A stretch of 29,644 nucleotides of DNA from a virus. Lineage: Duplodnaviria > Caudoviricetes. The notes under the pieces were generated by a model. That model was not told the DNA's origin. It ran no database searches and saw only the letters and a list, made by a program, of their open reading frames with translations. Each line of letters begins with the position of its first letter. The first letter of the stretch is position 1. The position numbers and the translations under genes are program-made. The stretch spans positions 1-29,644 of IMG/VR virus record IMGVR_UViG_3300020180_000092. One strand, given 5' to 3'. Of the stretch, positions 25,093 to 29,644 are shown piece by piece.

Positions 25093-26746
25093 ACGATTAA
25101 ACAATCTATCAGGCACTATGAATCAACATAGTGCTCCCAACTTACTTAGAGATCAAGACTCTGAGTTAGCGATCAATCTATCGCAAGATGAAGACGGGGC
25201 TATTGCGACAAGGGCGGGCTCAGACAGATACCTAACACAGATCTCTGGTACCACACCTGTTAGGGGGTTACATATGTTCGAGAAGCCTGACCGAACATTC
25301 TATCTCCATTGGGTTTATGGGGGTAATCTGTATGTGGATATTAGCGGTGCTTGGGTAGCACAAGCTAGCAGTGAATGGAGTAATACCTCAGAGATTTCTA
25401 TGGTGAACTTTATAGATAGACACTACATGGCCTCATCAGCTGCTGGAGAGTACGTTAGATGGTTCACAGAAACAGGTTCACGCACTTACGTTAAAGTTAT
25501 TTCGACAACAGTCTCATCTGCCTCTACTGCTAGTACACTAGTAGCGACAACGACAATATTTAGTAGTGGGATGGTGGGGATGAAGGTATTTAATACAACC
25601 GACGCTAGCTCGGCTATTATAACCGCATATACAGACCCTAACATAGTCACTCTAGATACTGCGATAGGCGACACGTGGGATGGTGATAATATCGAGATAA
25701 GACTTGAAGCAAAGTATTTAGCAGTCAACGGTGGCTATATGCTAGGAGTCGGTGGTACCACTTATCCTAGGAGAGGCTATTTTACTAATCTAGATTCTGA
25801 TAAAGTTTCGGTTGCAACTGATTATTTTATATTCTCCTCACTTCCAACTGGGGTTACCGCCTTTGGTAATGGTAGACCTTTTGTTGTTTTCTATGAGAAC
25901 GGCTATATGACAGCTGATCCAGCCACCTTGTTTACAAATGAAGTAGAAGGGTTTGGGTGCGTTTCGCATAAGTCGATAGCCGTTCTCAACGGTAATATTA
26001 TGTATTTGGGCAGAGACGCTTTTTATATGCTGGCTCCAAACACTACACATCCAGAAAAAATGAGTTTGCCTATCTCCAACGACGTGACTGGAGATGCTAT
26101 CTTTAACAAGATTGATACCGCTAACTTTGAGGTAATAGGCGCTGTGGCGACAGAGGATAGATACTACTGTGCTTTAAGAAGTCTAACAGGGACTGTTAAG
26201 GGGCAGACACTTAGTTACGCGCTAGTTGAATTTGATTATAACCAGAAAAACTGGAAAGTCGACACGTTTAATGCTGCTCAACTGGCACCTTTCTTGACTA
26301 GGTATATAACTGGAGGGAAGAAGGTAGTAATTGGTGGCAGTCTAACAAGTGGCACTGTCCATAAATTGTTCCAGGTCGGTACGTTCACAGATGATCAGGC
26401 TGATGGGCAGATTGCAGCGTACACGTCTTTATATAGGACTAAGCACTTTGTGCTAAGTAGTAGGACAGAGGGAAGTTTTGCCATGAACGAGATATCCACT
26501 TTAGAATTTAAATATTACTCTTCAGTACCTATATCTGTAAAAGTAGCTCTAGATGGCTCACACAGTTACGCAACACTATCCTCCCTCCCTGCGGCTACAA
26601 CTAATCGATACGAACATGCGTCGGTTTTATTTGGTGGTAATGCTCGAACTATAAGCATTGAGTTGAGTTGGACGGGTGAAGCGAGAATTTACGAGATACA
26701 GATTAACCATGAATCTTTAGATATAGTTGATCTGAAAGCCCTCTAA
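25082..26746 (+). CDS. Tail nozzle/tubular protein (P22 gp10-like)
   Basis: About 554 aa beta-rich; NL.G.MN, GAIATRAG and GCVSHKSI motifs. ATG 25082 preferred over GTG 25073. Confidence 0.75.
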   Translation: MAIKRLNNLSGTMNQHSAPNLLRDQDSELAINLSQDEDGAIATRAGSDRYLTQISGTTPVRGLHMFEKPDRTFYLHWVYGGNLYVDISGAWVAQASSEWSNTSEISMVNFIDRHYMASSAAGEYVRWFTETGSRTYVKVISTTVSSASTASTLVATTTIFSSGMVGMKVFNTTDASSAIITAYTDPNIVTLDTAIGDTWDGDNIEIRLEAKYLAVNGGYMLGVGGTTYPRRGYFTNLDSDKVSVATDYFIFSSLPTGVTAFGNGRPFVVFYENGYMTADPATLFTNEVEGFGCVSHKSIAVLNGNIMYLGRDAFYMLAPNTTHPEKMSLPISNDVTGDAIFNKIDTANFEVIGAVATEDRYYCALRSLTGTVKGQTLSYALVEFDYNQKNWKVDTFNAAQLAPFLTRYITGGKKVVIGGSLTSGTVHKLFQVGTFTDDQADGQIAAYTSLYRTKHFVLSSRTEGSFAMNEISTLEFKYYSSVPISVKVALDGSHSYATLSSLPAATTNRYEHASVLFGGNARTISIELSWTGEARIYEIQINHESLDIVDLKAL

Positions 26747-27192
26747 TGGCCATCAATGACATATCCGAGGCTGGTTTTGATGAACTATTAAGAAAGGAGA
26801 CACCGAACGGGTCGCTAGTTCATAATAGAAATGAATTTCAACCAGAAGGGTATAGGAGCTTAGCGAATACTCTAATTTACGATGAGATAATTAAACACAC
26901 CCTCTCAGCAAGTTTTACGGGGTCTGCTGACATTCCCTATAAGAACCAAAACTATAACAAGTCCCCTACTGCTATAGGTTTTATGGGCTATGACAATGGG
27001 TCTAAATTCAATACGTATAAGTTACCATTTTACGAGACTGCGGACGTAGGATTTCCGCCTAACTTTTTGTTAATATTTTTATACGCTAGGATAATTCCAT
27101 TTAAAAGATATGTAAGCGTGCAAATCGATTCGGAATATGATCCACCTAACAAATTTGAGTTTGAGATTTACATTATAAACACAAAGACATAG
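26746..27192 (+). CDS. Small tail-associated protein, paralogue 1 of 3
   Basis: PE...DEII...G...IPY...P..IG pattern shared with the next two genes. Confidence 0.65.
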   Translation: MAINDISEAGFDELLRKETPNGSLVHNRNEFQPEGYRSLANTLIYDEIIKHTLSASFTGSADIPYKNQNYNKSPTAIGFMGYDNGSKFNTYKLPFYETADVGFPPNFLLIFLYARIIPFKRYVSVQIDSEYDPPNKFEFEIYIINTKT

Positions 27193-27202
27193 AGACAATA
27201 GA

Positions 27203-27610
27203 ATGCCTGATCTAACAACGCACAACATTAATCCAGAACTAAATAAGTACTTATTTAATTCAATCGCTATTGACGAGATCTTAGACGTAACTGTTTCACT
27301 TGCTCTGTCTACTTATTATTTTGAAGGTACTGCAACTATTCCTTTTAGGAAAGGAGAGAAGAGAAAAACTCCGCAAGTTATTGGTTTATGGAGAAACCCT
27401 AACGGAAGAACTGACTGCAATGCGTTTGTGCCTCATGTTGAGTTCCAGGTGAATGGAATGGTTTATGCAACATCGATTAATTCTTCGGTCGACATAAACC
27501 CATCCACCTCAGAGGTCACGGTTGTGGTTAGAACTTATTTTACTAGTAACGAGGCAAGGTTTACTTTATTTGTATTAAAAGATAGAGGAGCTCAACTTGC
27601 AAGACAATAA
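27203..27610 (+). CDS. Small tail-associated protein, paralogue 2 of 3
   Basis: PE...DEIL...GTATIPF...PQVIG. Confidence 0.65.
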   Translation: MPDLTTHNINPELNKYLFNSIAIDEILDVTVSLALSTYYFEGTATIPFRKGEKRKTPQVIGLWRNPNGRTDCNAFVPHVEFQVNGMVYATSINSSVDINPSTSEVTVVVRTYFTSNEARFTLFVLKDRGAQLARQ

Positions 27611-28007
27611 TGCATTAGTACTACAGTCTTTGGTACCTGAAGAATTGGCAAGATACGGCGATGCGTTTATTATTAACGAGACAATACCATTTACCGTTGA
27701 TGTATCTACTGAGCCCCCGCCATGGGGCACCTTCTACAGAGGAACTAAAGATGTTTACTTTAAAAGGCCTTTTAAAAGTCCTCCCCTTACATTTTGCTTC
27801 GTGGAATATGAGGATAGTAGCCAACAATTGTCTTACGCTAATATTATACTTGTCGGTGGGGGGGACTGGGCCATTACTTCCTCGTTCAGTTATCTAATAT
27901 TTCCCGATAGGATACAGGTATACGTTGCCCATTTTGCGATCGTGACTTTTAATCTAGTTGCGGTAGTTGTTGAATACAAACTGCCAAGTCAGATTAAGAA
28001 TAACTGA
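27597..28007 (+). CDS. Small tail-associated protein, paralogue 3 of 3
   Basis: PE...NETI...GTKDVYF..PF..PP; TTG start preceded by GAGGAG. Confidence 0.6.
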   Translation: MQDNNALVLQSLVPEELARYGDAFIINETIPFTVDVSTEPPPWGTFYRGTKDVYFKRPFKSPPLTFCFVEYEDSSQQLSYANIILVGGGDWAITSSFSYLIFPDRIQVYVAHFAIVTFNLVAVVVEYKLPSQIKNN

Positions 28008-28096
28008 TAAAGATTAACTAGGATGTCAAGTACCTACAAATAGTGTAAGCTGGTAATATAGACGAGATAACTTAATTGAAGAATAGTAAGTTCTAG

Positions 28097-28501
28097 ATGA
28101 CAACCATAACCGAAAGAATAGCAGTCGTTGAGTCTAATTATAATCATCTAAGCAAAGCAATCGATGAGCTAAAGGTTAATGTAGACGAGAGGTTTGACAG
28201 GTCTGAGGAAACGCAACAGGGGATTTTAGACAAGATTGTTAGTTTAAGTGACTTAGTTGGGCAGCGTCTATCTAAGTTAGAGTTCCAGGACAAGGTTAGG
28301 GCAGAGGAATTACTTTTACAACGTAAAGATGCTGTCCAAGCACTTGCAAAGATACACGAGATGTCCGAATTTATCGACGAATTGAAATTTGTCCAAAAAT
28401 ATTGGCGTGTATTCGCAATTGGCGGCATAGTATTATTAGTAATAGAATTTGGGGCAATACTAGTTTTATTCGATAATTATAGAAAAATACTCCAGACATG
28501 A
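28097..28501 (+). CDS. Coiled-coil protein with C-terminal TM helix (XhlA/holin-like lysis accessory)
   Basis: ERIAVVE N-terminus, coiled coil, TM segment VFAIGGIVLLVIEFGAILVLF; ATGA overlap with the endolysin. Confidence 0.6.
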   Translation: MTTITERIAVVESNYNHLSKAIDELKVNVDERFDRSEETQQGILDKIVSLSDLVGQRLSKLEFQDKVRAEELLLQRKDAVQALAKIHEMSEFIDELKFVQKYWRVFAIGGIVLLVIEFGAILVLFDNYRKILQT

Positions 28502-29388
28502 AACTAGGCAATTTAATACAAGGTAATGTCCTAGTTCTTACCCAGCGAACGCACGGCGTTAATCAAAATAATCATGCGCTTGATATATCCTCCAGGTTCG
28601 GCGCTGGCATAGCGCCTGCTGAAGGCCGCTTCTTATCTGAGTATAAAGGATCGGGGGCAACCGACGATGATGATGCCTTTCTGTGGGGTAAGCCTGAGGA
28701 TGGGTGGGTAATTCAGTTTACACACTCGCGCTGTATAAACAGGGGGAATGTAACTAGGGGGACTAGGTTATTTGATACGACAACGAACCACTACCACATT
28801 GCGTTAATGGAGAATCCAAAAGCGTGGGCTGGCGGATTGCCTAAAGGTGGCACTTGGCGTGTAATTATCGACTATATGGATCGTAGCCTAGGGCTTGGCT
28901 GGCTAACTCCCAGTGGCAAGCATCCAGTCTGGACCAGTTGGGGGACATACACAGATAGGCATTTGCGCCCCCTGGCGAAAGTGGTAGAATATGAAATGGT
29001 AGGATTGCAATTTCCTGTAAAGTGCGTTACTACAAACACAACAGATATGAACGTTCGAAAAGAGCCGAGCACTAAATCCGAATCGATTCGCAAGGTAGCA
29101 CCTAACACCCCGTTTGAAACACGCACACTCTCATCAGGCGAGGCAATAGACGGTGTTAGCACTTGGTATTTTATGGGCGATGGCTGGGTATCTGGGCGCT
29201 ATGTGAATCAAATACCTTCTACAAATAACGAACAACTAGAGAAAGATCTAGTCGAAACAAAGGCGCAGGTTACTACACTTAATCAGGAAAGGCAAGTATT
29301 AGAGACTAAGAATTTAGCGCTTGTAACTGAAATAGATTTACTAAAACCAATTGTAGAAGCACTTAAGTTAGTTAATAATACAAAGTAA
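28498..29388 (+). CDS. Endolysin: M23-like peptidase + SH3b + coiled coil
   Basis: HALD (HxxD variant of HxxxD) and HYH (HxH) zinc motifs; MNVRKEPST...WY...GWVSGRYV SH3b; heptad tail. Confidence 0.8.
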   Translation: MKLGNLIQGNVLVLTQRTHGVNQNNHALDISSRFGAGIAPAEGRFLSEYKGSGATDDDDAFLWGKPEDGWVIQFTHSRCINRGNVTRGTRLFDTTTNHYHIALMENPKAWAGGLPKGGTWRVIIDYMDRSLGLGWLTPSGKHPVWTSWGTYTDRHLRPLAKVVEYEMVGLQFPVKCVTTNTTDMNVRKEPSTKSESIRKVAPNTPFETRTLSSGEAIDGVSTWYFMGDGWVSGRYVNQIPSTNNEQLEKDLVETKAQVTTLNQERQVLETKNLALVTEIDLLKPIVEALKLVNNTK

Positions 29389-29644
29389 TGAATAATATAG
29401 AAGTTCTAGTGTCACTTTTGGGCGGTGTGTTTGTGCCACCTGTGATAGATTTTATTAGAATTAGATTAAACATAACTGACAGCAAACAAGCAGTAGCATT
29501 AACTTACTTGATTAGTTTCTTATTTGGTTACTTAGCCACATTTGCATCTGCAACACCAGCTACATTTAGCACGATCTTTATTAACGGCCTTGCAGTGTAC
29601 GCAGCAACACAACTAGCTTTTAAAGGCTTCGGATATGATAAGAG
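29388..29644 (+). CDS. Holin (truncated by window end)
   Basis: Hand-translated MNNIEVLVSLLGGVFVPPVIDFIR...AVALTYLISFLFGYLATF...IFINGLAVYAATQLAFKGFGYDK; about three hydrophobic segments; TAATG coupling to the endolysin. Confidence 0.7.
   Translation, partial: MNNIEVLVSLLGGVFVPPVIDFIRIRLNITDSKQAVALTYLISFLFGYLATFASATPATFSTIFINGLAVYAATQLAFKGFGYDK

Noticed and set aside
28024-28034. gtcaagtacct matching cassette copy 2 (minus-strand TTGACA)
   Set aside because: Only about 11-12 bp match, with no correctly spaced -10, operator boxes or hairpin; may be chance.
2632-29162. Minus-strand and nested ORFs within the late operon (e.g. 7498..8166, 16907..17287, 23055..23444)
   Set aside because: They overlap well-supported plus-strand genes and show no independent motifs.
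1-29644. tRNA, rRNA, introns, inteins
   Set aside because: None recognised by eye; terL, portal and capsid ORFs are uninterrupted. A tRNAscan or Infernal run would be needed to exclude them formally.

Overview
A 29.6 kb segment of a tailed dsDNA phage (podovirus-like by gene order) in the standard genetic code. From 2708 onward a rightward late operon runs: small and large terminase, three small accessory genes, an 810-aa portal, scaffold, capsid-associated protein, major capsid protein, a long block of putative head/tail fibre and decoration genes, adaptor, three probable ejection proteins, nozzle, three paralogous tail-tip proteins, and a lysis block truncated at the window end. The most unusual part is 1-2670, transcribed leftward. 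It holds three paralogous genes, each with a conserved ~40-aa N-terminus plus 12, 20 or 13 shuffled 8-aa repeats (G-S-x-V-x-A-x-x). They are interleaved with four copies (one truncated) of a regulatory cassette: ACCGAA direct repeats, a TTGACA-18-TACAAT promoter and a GNRA-tetraloop leader hairpin. An unrelated 145-aa gene sits inside this array, and a ribbon-helix-helix gene missed by the ORF track lies at its downstream end. Almost all genes lack Shine-Dalgarno sites while promoters are sigma70-like, which suggests (inference only) a CPR/Patescibacteria-type host. All functional calls come from motifs and synteny read by eye; no database searches were run.
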